From Bacillota bacterium (GTDB taxonomy: Bacteria > Bacillota > Clostridia > Saccharofermentanales > DTU023), in NCBI GenBank assembly GCA_029570375.1, contig JAKPXB010000049.1:25046-89045 (forward strand): 64,000 nucleotides of DNA, in the 5' to 3' direction. Shown piece after piece: positions 56,173-64,000 of this stretch. Position numbers and translations under genes: made by a program. Position 1 is the stretch's first letter. Each line of letters opens with the position of its first letter. Below the pieces are notes generated by a model, which was given only the letters and a program-made list of their open reading frames with translations, ran no database searches and was not told the DNA's origin.

Positions 56173-57096
56173 TCACGCGAGAGGCTTGGAGCGCTTGTGT
56201 TTCGTCCGGTCAAATCCATTGCCGAACGCTTCTTTGTACTCCAGCGCGAACAGGAGCGCCTCCCCGTCGCATTCTTTGACAATCTGACGCACCGCCGGCA
56301 GCTCTTTGTTGCTGCAGGCGCACATGATGAATTCCTGATCCGTTTTGGTATACGCACCACGCGCTTTGACGAGCGTGGAACCGCGGTCGACGCGCGCGGC
56401 GATGACATCGCTGATCGCCTCGACCCGCGCGGAAATGATCATGACAATCTTGCCCGAGGCGAAACCGCTCATGATCCGGTCAATGACAGTGGTTGACACA
56501 ATGGTGAAGAGAATACCGTATAAGACGGCGTCGATGTTTTTGTAGACAAAAGCACCCGCGAGGATGAGCGCGCCGTCAGTGAGCATGGAGATCTGCCCGA
56601 TAGACAGGTGGGGCCGGCGCGTACGGAGCGACATGATCACCAGATCGCTGCCCCCGGTGCATGAGTTGTTGTTGTAGATGAGCGCCAGTCCCGCGCCGCA
56701 GAAAGCGCCGGCGAACAGGGCCGCCAGCAGCTGGCTCCCCTCGTACAGAGGGAGAAGCGGAATGATCACGTCGAGGAACAAGGCGTTGATGATCAGCGTG
56801 ACGAACGTGCGCAGGAGATACCGCCATCCTAAGAAGCGGAGTGATATCGCGATGATCGGCAGATTGATGACAATCTGCAGCAGCCCCATCGGGAGCTTAA
56901 ATAAATAATTGAGAATGACCGCGATACCGGCCACCCCTCCGGGCGCGAACCGCGCGGGAGCCGCGAAAATCACAATTCCGACGCCATAAAGCGCCGAACC
57001 GATGATATCGATCAGAAGAGCCCTAACCACAACTGCCGGATCGATCTCCCATTTCCATAACCTGACTGTCTTCATCCGATTCTCCTCTTCCGTCAA
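56173..57096 (-). CDS. YitT-family membrane protein (DUF2179 C-terminal domain)
   Basis: Five or six TM helices, then a soluble C-terminal domain (VMIISARVEAISDVIAARVDRGSTLVKARGAYT). An alternative start exists at 57075. Confidence 0.75.
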   Translation of the reverse strand: MTEEENRMKTVRLWKWEIDPAVVVRALLIDIIGSALYGVGIVIFAAPARFAPGGVAGIAVILNYLFKLPMGLLQIVINLPIIAISLRFLGWRYLLRTFVTLIINALFLDVIIPLLPLYEGSQLLAALFAGAFCGAGLALIYNNNSCTGGSDLVIMSLRTRRPHLSIGQISMLTDGALILAGAFVYKNIDAVLYGILFTIVSTTVIDRIMSGFASGKIVMIISARVEAISDVIAARVDRGSTLVKARGAYTKTDQEFIMCACSNKELPAVRQIVKECDGEALLFALEYKEAFGNGFDRTKHKRSKPLA

Positions 57097-57146
57097 TTCT
57101 ATAACCCAAACGGAAAGCTCAGGTGCTCCCGCTCATCGATGAATCG

Positions 57147-57180
57147 TAAAAGGCACCCCGGCCTTGTAAGCCGGGATGCC
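57147..57180 (-). terminator. Rho-independent terminator after tRNA-Trp
   Basis: On the minus strand, GGCATCCCGGC-ttacaag-GCCGGGGTGCC forms an 11-bp stem (one G-U pair), followed by TTTTAC. Confidence 0.7.
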
Positions 57181-57189
57181 TCATCTTCT

Positions 57190-57264
57190 GGCAGGGGAGA
57201 CAGGATTTGAACCCGCAACCGACGGTTTTGGAGACCGTTGCTCTACCGTTGAGCCACTCCCCTG
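57190..57264 (-). tRNA. tRNA-Trp (anticodon CCA), CCA encoded
   Basis: Manual cloverleaf on the minus strand: acceptor AGGGGAG/CTCCCCT, anticodon stem ACGGT/ACCGT with loop CTCCAAA, T-loop TTCAAAT, 3' GCCA. The length is 75 nt. Confidence 0.9.
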
Positions 57265-57305
57265 TTTCAGGTGGTTTCCGTTCAGGGAGCCACCTGACGG
57301 CGTTC

Positions 57306-57335
57306 ATCATAGCAAATGGTTGAAAGCCGTGTCAA
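57306..57335 (-). promoter_or_regulatory. tRNA-Trp promoter TTGACA-18 nt-(TGc)TATGAT
   Basis: The minus strand reads aTTGACAcggctttcaaccattTGcTATGATgaac. It begins 7 nt after the pnp stop. Confidence 0.55.
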
Positions 57336-57341
57336 TCGTTT

Positions 57342-59702
57342 TCAGAAGTGGCGTTCGCTCCTCGGCTCACCGCGCCGGCTGCCACGTTCGTGTTCGCTCT
57401 CGCTGCTGCGAAAACCGCCTGAACGCCTGCCTTCACGGCCGCCGCGTTCGCCGTCGTCGGTGTGGCGGTCTCTTCTCCTGTCACCGCGATCTCTGCCGTC
57501 GCCGCGCTCCCTGCTGCCTCGCAGGCCGCGTCCGCCGCGGACGGAGCGTCCGCCGCGTCCTCCCCGGCCTTCCTCGTCGCCCTGTTCCGCGTAACCTTCG
57601 GGTTTATCCATCAGGTCGCGCATGGAGAGATTCAGTCTTCCCTGGTCATCGATCTCGCTGACGACGACTTTGACCTCATCGCCGACCGCGAGCACGTCTT
57701 CGACCCGGTCGACGCGGTCCCAGGCCATCTTCGAAATATGGACAAGGCCTTCCTTTCCGGGGGCGATTTCGACGAAAGCGCCGAACGTCATTAGGCGCGT
57801 CACAACCCCGTCAAAGACGGTGCCCGGTTCGGGATCGAACACGATCGCGCGGACAATACTCATCGCTTTGCGGCCTGATTCCTGATCGGTGGACGCGATA
57901 TACACGTGCCCGACAGGGCCGTCTTCCTCGACATCGATCTCCGTGCCGGTAAGTTCTGTGATGCGGCGGATCACCTTCCCGCCTGAGCCGATCACGTCGC
58001 GGATCTTATCGGACGGGATGTCGACCTGATCGATCTTCGGCGCGTAGGGCGCGAGTTCCGCGCGCGGTTCCGCGATACAGGGATCCATCGTCCCGTCCAG
58101 AATGCGGAGCCTTCCTTCGCGCGTCAGGTTGAACGCGTCGCGGATAATATCGATCGTCAGGCCGTCAACCTTAATGTCCACCTGAATCGCCGTGATCCCG
58201 TCGCGCGTGCCGGCGACTTTGAAATCCATGTCGCCGAAGAAGTCTTCAATCCCCTGGATATCCATAAAAACGAGATAGTTATCTTCGTTTTCCGGATCGA
58301 TAATAAGACCGGAAGAGATACCCGCGACCGGTTTCCTGATCGGCACACCGGCGGCCATCAGCGCGAGCGAGCTTGCGCAGACAGACGCTTGCGATGTGGA
58401 GCCGTTCGACATAGTGACTTCCGAAACACAGCGAATCGCGTACGGGAACTCGTCCTCATTCGGGAGGACGGGAATGAGCGCGCGTTCCGCGAGCGCGCCG
58501 TGGCCGATCTCGCGCCTTCCGGGCGACCGGTTCGGGCGGGCTTCGCCGACACTGTAAGCCGGGAAATTGTACTGATGCATGTAGCGTTTGCTGTCGCGCG
58601 GGTCAACACCGTCGAGGCACTGCGCGTCGCTGACCGTGCCGAGCGTACAGATAGTCATCACCTGCGTCTGGCCGCGGGTGAAAAGCGCGGAACCGTGAAC
58701 GCGCGGGAACAGATCGATGGCGGCGGATAGCGGCCGGATCTCGTCGAGCTGCCGCCCGTCGACGCGGCGGTGTTCGTTCAGGAGATAATCGCGGACGACA
58801 TATTTTTCAAGACTGTCGACAATGCCCGCGGTGTGCCCAGCGTCTTCCGGCTGATTCGCTTCAATAAAAGCCCTGACTTCCTCTGTCAGTTCAGCGACCG
58901 CGTTGTCGCGGACCGTCTTGTCGGCCGTGAGAACCGCTTCCCGCATCTTACCGATGAACGCTTCTTTCACCTGTGCAAACAGGCCTTCGGGCGCACTCTG
59001 CGAAGCGTAAGCAAATTTTTCTTTTCCGATTTCCTCTCGCATTTTCTCGATCAGAAGGCACAGCTCTTTGATAACCTCATGTCCCTTTTCGATCGCTTCG
59101 AGCATCTTTGCCTCGGGAACTTCGTTCGCGCCCGCTTCGATCATATTGATCTTCTTCGCCGTCCCGGCGAGGAAGAGATCGAGATCAGACGCTTCAAACT
59201 GCTCAAGCGTGGGATTGATGATGACTTCATCATCGATCAGCGCGATCTGCACACCGACGACCGGCCCGTTCCAGGGGATGTCGGAGATGGCGATCGCGGC
59301 GGATGTGCCGATCAGAGCGGCGACCTGCGGCGAATGATCGTGATCAACCGAGAGAATCAGGTTATTCACAACCACATCATTCCGAAGATCACCGGGAAAG
59401 AGGGGCCTGATCGGACGGTCAATCGACCGGGATGTCAGTACAGCGTTCTCTGTCGGGCGCCCTTCCCGCTTCAGGAATCCTCCCGGAATCTTGCCGACGC
59501 TGTACATTTTTTCTTCGTAATCGACAGACAGAGGGAAGAAGTCGATTCCCTCGCGCGGCTCTGTCGAGGCCGTCACCGTTGTCAGGACTGTCGTCTCGCC
59601 GTATCGGACGAGGACGGCACCGTTCGCGAACTGAGCGAGTTCGCCGGTTTCGAGAATTAAGGGAGCGCCCGTTAATTCCATTTCAAATACTCTTTTTGCC
59701 AT
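57342..59702 (-). CDS. pnp: Polyribonucleotide nucleotidyltransferase (PNPase) with an Arg/Gly-rich C-terminal tail
   Basis: Two RNase PH domains, a KH domain (GGKVIRRITELTG), an S1 domain (GAFVEIAPGKEGLVHIS), then an 86-aa RGG/RD-rich tail. The start is ATG 59702 with a GGAGGAAAAA RBS. Confidence 0.95.
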   Translation of the reverse strand: MAKRVFEMELTGAPLILETGELAQFANGAVLVRYGETTVLTTVTASTEPREGIDFFPLSVDYEEKMYSVGKIPGGFLKREGRPTENAVLTSRSIDRPIRPLFPGDLRNDVVVNNLILSVDHDHSPQVAALIGTSAAIAISDIPWNGPVVGVQIALIDDEVIINPTLEQFEASDLDLFLAGTAKKINMIEAGANEVPEAKMLEAIEKGHEVIKELCLLIEKMREEIGKEKFAYASQSAPEGLFAQVKEAFIGKMREAVLTADKTVRDNAVAELTEEVRAFIEANQPEDAGHTAGIVDSLEKYVVRDYLLNEHRRVDGRQLDEIRPLSAAIDLFPRVHGSALFTRGQTQVMTICTLGTVSDAQCLDGVDPRDSKRYMHQYNFPAYSVGEARPNRSPGRREIGHGALAERALIPVLPNEDEFPYAIRCVSEVTMSNGSTSQASVCASSLALMAAGVPIRKPVAGISSGLIIDPENEDNYLVFMDIQGIEDFFGDMDFKVAGTRDGITAIQVDIKVDGLTIDIIRDAFNLTREGRLRILDGTMDPCIAEPRAELAPYAPKIDQVDIPSDKIRDVIGSGGKVIRRITELTGTEIDVEEDGPVGHVYIASTDQESGRKAMSIVRAIVFDPEPGTVFDGVVTRLMTFGAFVEIAPGKEGLVHISKMAWDRVDRVEDVLAVGDEVKVVVSEIDDQGRLNLSMRDLMDKPEGYAEQGDEEGRGGRGGRSVRGGRGLRGSRERGDGRDRGDRRRDRHTDDGERGGREGRRSGGFRSSESEHERGSRRGEPRSERHF

Positions 59703-59911
59703 TTTTTCCTCCACAATGGTTTTCACGTACACAGCGCGGACAGCCCGAATAAATGGCAGTCCGGCAGATGAACAGCGCGTTCATCTCTGTACGGCGATCA
59801 GTTGAATGTTCTTTTGGGATCGGAATGCAGGCAATAGAGTGTAGAGTCCGCATCTCTCTCATGCGTAGAGAGGCGCAATCTACGTCCCACTGCCCGATCC
59901 GATACCGATGA

Positions 59912-59947
59912 CCATAGAAAGCGGCGGTCATGTCAGGCCGCCGCTTC
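59912..59947 (-). terminator. Hairpin after rpsO (terminator/attenuator in the rpsO-pnp spacer)
   Basis: On the minus strand, AAGCGGCGG-cctgacatga-CCGCCGCTT forms a 9-bp stem, followed by TCTATGG (a weak U-tract). Confidence 0.5.
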
Positions 59948-59957
59948 GATGCTTACG

Positions 59958-60221
59958 TTAACGTCTCAAATTCAATCGGGCGATCAGCGCACGGTAACGC
60001 TCGATATCATCCTTCATCAGGTAATCGAGAAGCGCCCGGCGGCGGCCGACCAGCTTCAGAAGACCGCGGCGCGAGTGGAAGTCCTTCTCGTGCGTCTTCA
60101 GATGCTCCGTCAAATGATTGATTCTCCACGTCAATAGCGCGACCTGCACCTCCGGCGACCCTGTGTCTCCGGGGTGAACCGCATACGCTTCGATGATGGT
60201 CTGTTTTGTTTCCTGGTCCAT
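59958..60221 (-). CDS. rpsO: 30S ribosomal protein S15
   Basis: [57 protein letters not shown] is present. Confidence 0.95.
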   Translation of the reverse strand: MDQETKQTIIEAYAVHPGDTGSPEVQVALLTWRINHLTEHLKTHEKDFHSRRGLLKLVGRRRALLDYLMKDDIERYRALIARLNLRR

Positions 60222-60298
60222 AATATCCTCCTATACTCCCAGTGACAGCGTAGGGGTCGGACTGTCCGCGAACGATGTCAGGGAAATAACCGCCCGCT

Positions 60299-60328
60299 AT
60301 TGTAGCACACGTGTACGGCTTCTGTCAC
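60299..60328 (-). promoter_or_regulatory. rpsO promoter GTGACA-18 nt-(TGc)TACAAT
   Basis: The minus strand reads cGTGACAgaagccgtacacgtgTGcTACAATagc. It gives a 5' UTR of about 70 nt. Confidence 0.55.
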
Positions 60329-60423
60329 GATCATTCCCCAATCTCCGCGCTAATTGGCTATTTTCAGCTATTTTCAATGCTTCAGACAGTAGTCTTTCAG
60401 AGATAAGAAGCTCTCTCCTGTCT

Positions 60424-62061
60424 CTATTTTACCCGTTTTAAAAGGAATTTTGTCCTGCGACGAGGCGGGAATACGGCTTTTTTCGGGGATTCCCCGAGAT
60501 ATTTTCGCGCGTCTTTGATAAAACTGGCGATAATCATGATAATAACAATGGCAATCGGGAAGGCGGCGATAATGCTGACGGTCTGCAGATTGTTCATACT
60601 CCCCTCGCTGAAGATCAGCCCGATCGGGAGAAGGATCAGCAGGATCGCCCAGAACAGTTTCATCCGGTTTGACGCTTCTTCGTCCTCTTTGAATTCTCTG
60701 TAGCTGTACTGGGAAGCCACCAGCGTAATCCCGTCAAAGCTCGTCGCGTAGAAAGCGATCATGGAGGCGGCAAGGATAATCAGCACGAGCCAGCTCAGGG
60801 GAAGCGTGCCGATGATCGCGATGACCGTCTGATACAGATCGCCGCTTTTCTCGAAGAAAGACACGCTGTCAAATTTTCCCATCACCTGCAACCCGAGCCC
60901 GTAGTTGCCGAGGACAATAAAAGAGATCAGCGTGCTGCTGACGCCGAATACGTACGCGCCGAGGATAACCTGTTTCACCGTTCTCCCCCGGCTGATTTTC
61001 CCCATAAAGAAAGGACTCGCGACACACCAGACCATCCAGTACGCCCAGTAGAATATCGTCCAGTTCTGCGGGAAATTCGTCGTCCGGAGAGCGTCCGTCC
61101 ACGTGCTCAGTCCGATAAAATGCTGCACCATGTTGCCGAAACCGGTAAACCCCGTTTCGACAATATAGCGCGCCTCGCCCCCGAACACCAGGACATAGAT
61201 CAGCAGCGCGCCGAACAGGTACATACAGGCATTGGCCAGCCACGAGATGCCCCGAATCCCCTTCAGGACGGCGAACGTATAGATCAGGCAGATCGTGACG
61301 AGAATCGCGATGGTGACATACTTGGAGCCCGCGATGCCGAAAAGGCTTGTAAGAGCGGCGGACAGCAGGGGCGTCGCGATGGAGAAAGTCGTGGCCGTTC
61401 CGGCGATCAGCGCGATTACGGCGAGAACATCGATGATCTTCCCCGGCGCCTTATCCGTCCTGGCCCCCAGGAGCGGGCGGCATGCTTCCGAGTACTTCTG
61501 TTTTTTAACGCCGCGCACGTGGAGCATGAACCCGAAGCACGCCGCGAGCGTCGCGTAGAAGCTCCAGGGTATCGGCCCCCAGTGAAACTGCGTGTACGTG
61601 CTCGCCCAGTCCTGCATACTGCCCATCGCCGCGACATGGGGCTCCTGCGCGTAGTAAATCCATTCGCAGAGAGAGAAGAACAGGATATCCGCCGCGAGCC
61701 CGCAGGTGAAGACCATCGCCCCCCATGTCCAGAAACCGTACTGTGGCTTTTCACCGGGTTTTCCGAGAGTAATTCGTCCAATATCCGAAAACGCGATCCA
61801 CAAAGAGACAATAAGGACGCCGAGGCCGATGATCAGATAGTACGCGCCGAAGGAGTCGCCGAGGAAGTTCCTGATCGACGAGAGCGTGTACGTGGACCCC
61901 TCAGGGCGGAGAATAAAGACGACACACAGGATAAAAATAGCGATGAACGGGACGATCGTCGTCCACGGATCGATCCTTCTCAGCCCCAATGGCCGCTGAC
62001 GATTTTTTTGATGGTCCATAGTATTCTCTTTCTTTAAGTACGTTTTATTTATCCCGATCAT
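60424..62061 (-). CDS. BCCT-family (betaine/carnitine/choline) transporter
   Basis: 12-TM protein with BCCT-type Trp-rich segments (FHWGPIPWSFYA, NWTIFYWAYWMVWCVASPFFMGKISRGRT). An alternative start exists at 62019. Confidence 0.85.
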   Translation of the reverse strand: MIGINKTYLKKENTMDHQKNRQRPLGLRRIDPWTTIVPFIAIFILCVVFILRPEGSTYTLSSIRNFLGDSFGAYYLIIGLGVLIVSLWIAFSDIGRITLGKPGEKPQYGFWTWGAMVFTCGLAADILFFSLCEWIYYAQEPHVAAMGSMQDWASTYTQFHWGPIPWSFYATLAACFGFMLHVRGVKKQKYSEACRPLLGARTDKAPGKIIDVLAVIALIAGTATTFSIATPLLSAALTSLFGIAGSKYVTIAILVTICLIYTFAVLKGIRGISWLANACMYLFGALLIYVLVFGGEARYIVETGFTGFGNMVQHFIGLSTWTDALRTTNFPQNWTIFYWAYWMVWCVASPFFMGKISRGRTVKQVILGAYVFGVSSTLISFIVLGNYGLGLQVMGKFDSVSFFEKSGDLYQTVIAIIGTLPLSWLVLIILAASMIAFYATSFDGITLVASQYSYREFKEDEEASNRMKLFWAILLILLPIGLIFSEGSMNNLQTVSIIAAFPIAIVIIMIIASFIKDARKYLGESPKKAVFPPRRRTKFLLKRVK

Positions 62062-62087
62062 CGACCGGTATTTTTCAGAACTTTGTG

Positions 62088-63887
62088 CTAAACAAGCTGT
62101 AGTCTCTCTATTCCTTCCGACGCATACCTGAAATAATCCTTCGCGTAGCGGTATTGGCGGAGACTGTAATCACCGAATTCCACACCGAGCCTGCGTTTGT
62201 ATTCACACCAGTTAGACCAGAGAAGACCACACACAGCGATGTAACAATAGATCTTGATTCTCGTCGCGGCATCGCAGCGGCCGTCAAAATAGATATCGAT
62301 CAGCCGATCCACCGCATCTCTGTCATAGAGGCTGTAAATACAGAACATCGCGATGTCTACGTGCGGATCCTGCATACCCGCGTATTCCCAGTCGGTGAGC
62401 TGCAGCTCCTCCGCTCCGTCTTTCATATAAAAAAGGAAATTATCAGGGACAGCGTCGATGTGCGTGAGACACCAGTCTTTCGGCTGACCGTCAATAAATG
62501 TCTTCAGACTCACCGCGTTCTCTTTTGTTTTCCGGTAGTCACGGTAAATGGAAGGGTCGCCCTCCCACAGTGATTCGTAAAAATCAATTTGTCCGAAAAG
62601 GTCAAATGTGTGCGGGACGGTAAGCTTCATCTCATGGAAATGCCGCAGCTTTTTCATGCAGCGGCCGATATCATCCGCGCTCCCGGCGTCACACACGCGG
62701 ACAGAATCCAGAAACGATGTGATCTTGTACCCGTTCATCGGGTTGATGTACACGGGATCGTCGCAGAGCCCCGCACCGCGGATCGCCTGAAAGACCGCGG
62801 CTTCATTCCCTCTGTTGATCAGCTGCTCTGTCCCTTCACCCGGGATCCGCATGATATACTTCTTTCCTCCGACGCTGAAGAGAAAAGACCGGTTGGTCAT
62901 CCCTTTCTTCAGCACCGATATTTGCTCTATATCCTGGGGGGACACATCGAGTGTTTCCGCGATCGTTCTGATCGCGCTGTTTTCCAGCTGATTTGAATTC
63001 GAATCGAGATCCCGCAGCTGTTCATATGAATTTATCTCAACAATCTCTGTGTCGTCTACAGTTCTTGCCGCCACAAACATCCGGTCTTTTTCGTGTAATG
63101 CTTCTTCCCAGAACGAGTCGTCATGACCGCTGTCCGCGATCAATCTCCGCACGTTCATGACGACCTTTTCCGCTTCCGGCCAGAGCAGATAGCTGATGCC
63201 GATCATACGGCTGCCTCCGCCCGCTTTGCCGACATCTGTCAGTTCCCTACGGCGGTTCACCCGAACGGCGCTGTCGCGGTCGATCCGATCGGAAACCATA
63301 TACCACGAATAGAGTTCCCGGCGCCGGAACGGATTCCTCCGGCACCAGATATCGCATGGAATAACGTATGTGTTGCCCAGCCGATCCAGCACCCGCGCGA
63401 GCGAATATACATTGTTTTTTAATGCGTATTCTTCGTTCACGACAAGTTCGACACCGTACGCGTCCATCAGGTATTCAAACTGGTCTTTCATAAAACCGAC
63501 GACGATGGTGATATCCCTGATGTCCGCGTCATGGAGCTGGCGGATCAGGCGCTCGATCAGCGGTTCTCCTCTGACTTCCAGAAAAGCCTTCGGTGTCGTC
63601 TGATTGATGGGAATCATGCGCATGCCGGGGCCTGCGGCGAGAATCACCGCGTTCCGCGGCGCATGTGAAGCCAGTGCCGTCCGCGCTTTATCCGTCAGCT
63701 GAACAAATTTTGTCAGGTAGCCCGCGCGCACCAGCGCGTGGATTGATTGGTTCACAGCGCCAAGCGAATGCCCTGTCACATCAGACAGCCTCCGCTGGCT
63801 GACATACGGCTCCAGAGCCAGCGCGCACACGACATCGGCTTCCTGTAATGACAGACCGCGCTTCCGTTTATCCTGACAAGAGTTCAT
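62088..63887 (-). CDS. Three-domain protein: MarR-like wHTH + LicC-like cytidylyltransferase + LicA-like choline kinase
   Basis: wHTH: RRLSDVTGHSLGAVNQSIHALVRAGYL. Nucleotidyltransferase motif: AVILAAGPGMRMIPINQTTPKAFLEV. Kinase motifs: LTHIDAVPDNFLF and TDWEYAGMQDPHVDIAMF. I took the start at ATG 63887, 9 nt after AAGGAA. The ORF-track start at 63896 is a GTG abutting the SD. Confidence 0.75.
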   Translation of the reverse strand: MNSCQDKRKRGLSLQEADVVCALALEPYVSQRRLSDVTGHSLGAVNQSIHALVRAGYLTKFVQLTDKARTALASHAPRNAVILAAGPGMRMIPINQTTPKAFLEVRGEPLIERLIRQLHDADIRDITIVVGFMKDQFEYLMDAYGVELVVNEEYALKNNVYSLARVLDRLGNTYVIPCDIWCRRNPFRRRELYSWYMVSDRIDRDSAVRVNRRRELTDVGKAGGGSRMIGISYLLWPEAEKVVMNVRRLIADSGHDDSFWEEALHEKDRMFVAARTVDDTEIVEINSYEQLRDLDSNSNQLENSAIRTIAETLDVSPQDIEQISVLKKGMTNRSFLFSVGGKKYIMRIPGEGTEQLINRGNEAAVFQAIRGAGLCDDPVYINPMNGYKITSFLDSVRVCDAGSADDIGRCMKKLRHFHEMKLTVPHTFDLFGQIDFYESLWEGDPSIYRDYRKTKENAVSLKTFIDGQPKDWCLTHIDAVPDNFLFYMKDGAEELQLTDWEYAGMQDPHVDIAMFCIYSLYDRDAVDRLIDIYFDGRCDAATRIKIYCYIAVCGLLWSNWCEYKRRLGVEFGDYSLRQYRYAKDYFRYASEGIERLQLV

Positions 63888-64000
63888 GAACATCACTTCC
63901 TTGCAATATTGTGAACACTATAGCGCAAAACAAACGGCGCGCACAATGACCCTTCCGGTGAAGAAGCTCCAGTTGTTTGAAAGAGATTTTGCGCGGGCGC

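Noticed and set aside
60357-60376. The tandem repeat GCTATTTTCA x2 upstream of the rpsO promoter as a regulatory element.
   Set aside because: It is real as sequence, but short and A/T-rich. It is most simply an UP-element-like tract or chance duplication, with no further support.
1-64000. A CRISPR array, defence island, toxin-antitoxin pair or secondary-metabolite cluster.
   Set aside because: I saw no spaced direct-repeat arrays and no ORFs with nuclease/helicase/methylase combinations outside the housekeeping set. Every long ORF is accounted for by a conserved core function.

Overview
This window looks like a chromosomal core segment of a high-GC, Gram-positive, Clostridia-like bacterium. 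Core genes run about 58-65% GC in the lines I sampled by hand. I call 58 CDS, 2 tRNAs, 8 sigma-A-type promoters, several intrinsic-terminator-like hairpins and 3 LexA (Cheo-type) boxes.

Layout:
- Left edge, + strand: mutS (3' end)-mutL-miaA-hfq, then lexA and a divergent membrane-protein gene.
- A 405-nt non-coding gap, followed by a divergent Mur ligase and asd.
- A Xer-like tyrosine recombinase.
- A visibly lower-GC block carrying an M14 peptidase, a five-gene Opp/Dpp-type peptide ABC system and a TetR gene.
- A DUF364 gene with a Mod/Tup-type oxyanion ABC operon.
- A roughly 31-kb almost uninterrupted minus-strand array of housekeeping genes: M18 aminopeptidase, nifU-nifS, rarA, glyA, thiI plus a cysteine desulfurase, a GntR gene, rnhB fused to yraN, rbgA, rplS, trmD, rimM, a KH protein, rpsP, ffh, ylxM, ftsY, smc, rnc, acpP, pgsA, rimO, recX, recA, murJ, cinA, ftsK, a Nudix gene and rnhA.
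- tRNA-Pro, an amino-acid ABC transporter, a YitT-family gene, tRNA-Trp, pnp and rpsO.
- A BCCT transporter next to an HTH-LicC-LicA fusion gene.

I found no CRISPR array, IS element, prophage or recognisable defence system.

Items most worth a second look:
1. A perfect AT-rich palindrome with 14-nt arms and an 11-6-11 dif-like architecture. It sits where gene orientation flips from + to -, 3 kb from the Xer-like gene.
2. An in-frame RNase HII-YraN fusion that keeps an internal SD-ATG.
3. The BCCT + HTH-LicC-LicA choline-activation module.
4. A consensus promoter placed for a leaderless ylxM-ffh mRNA.
5. A Cheo box in front of an atypical hfq.
6. The low-GC peptide-uptake island with dense operator-like repeats.

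All family assignments come from reading motifs in the supplied translations. No database search, folding or skew calculation was run.
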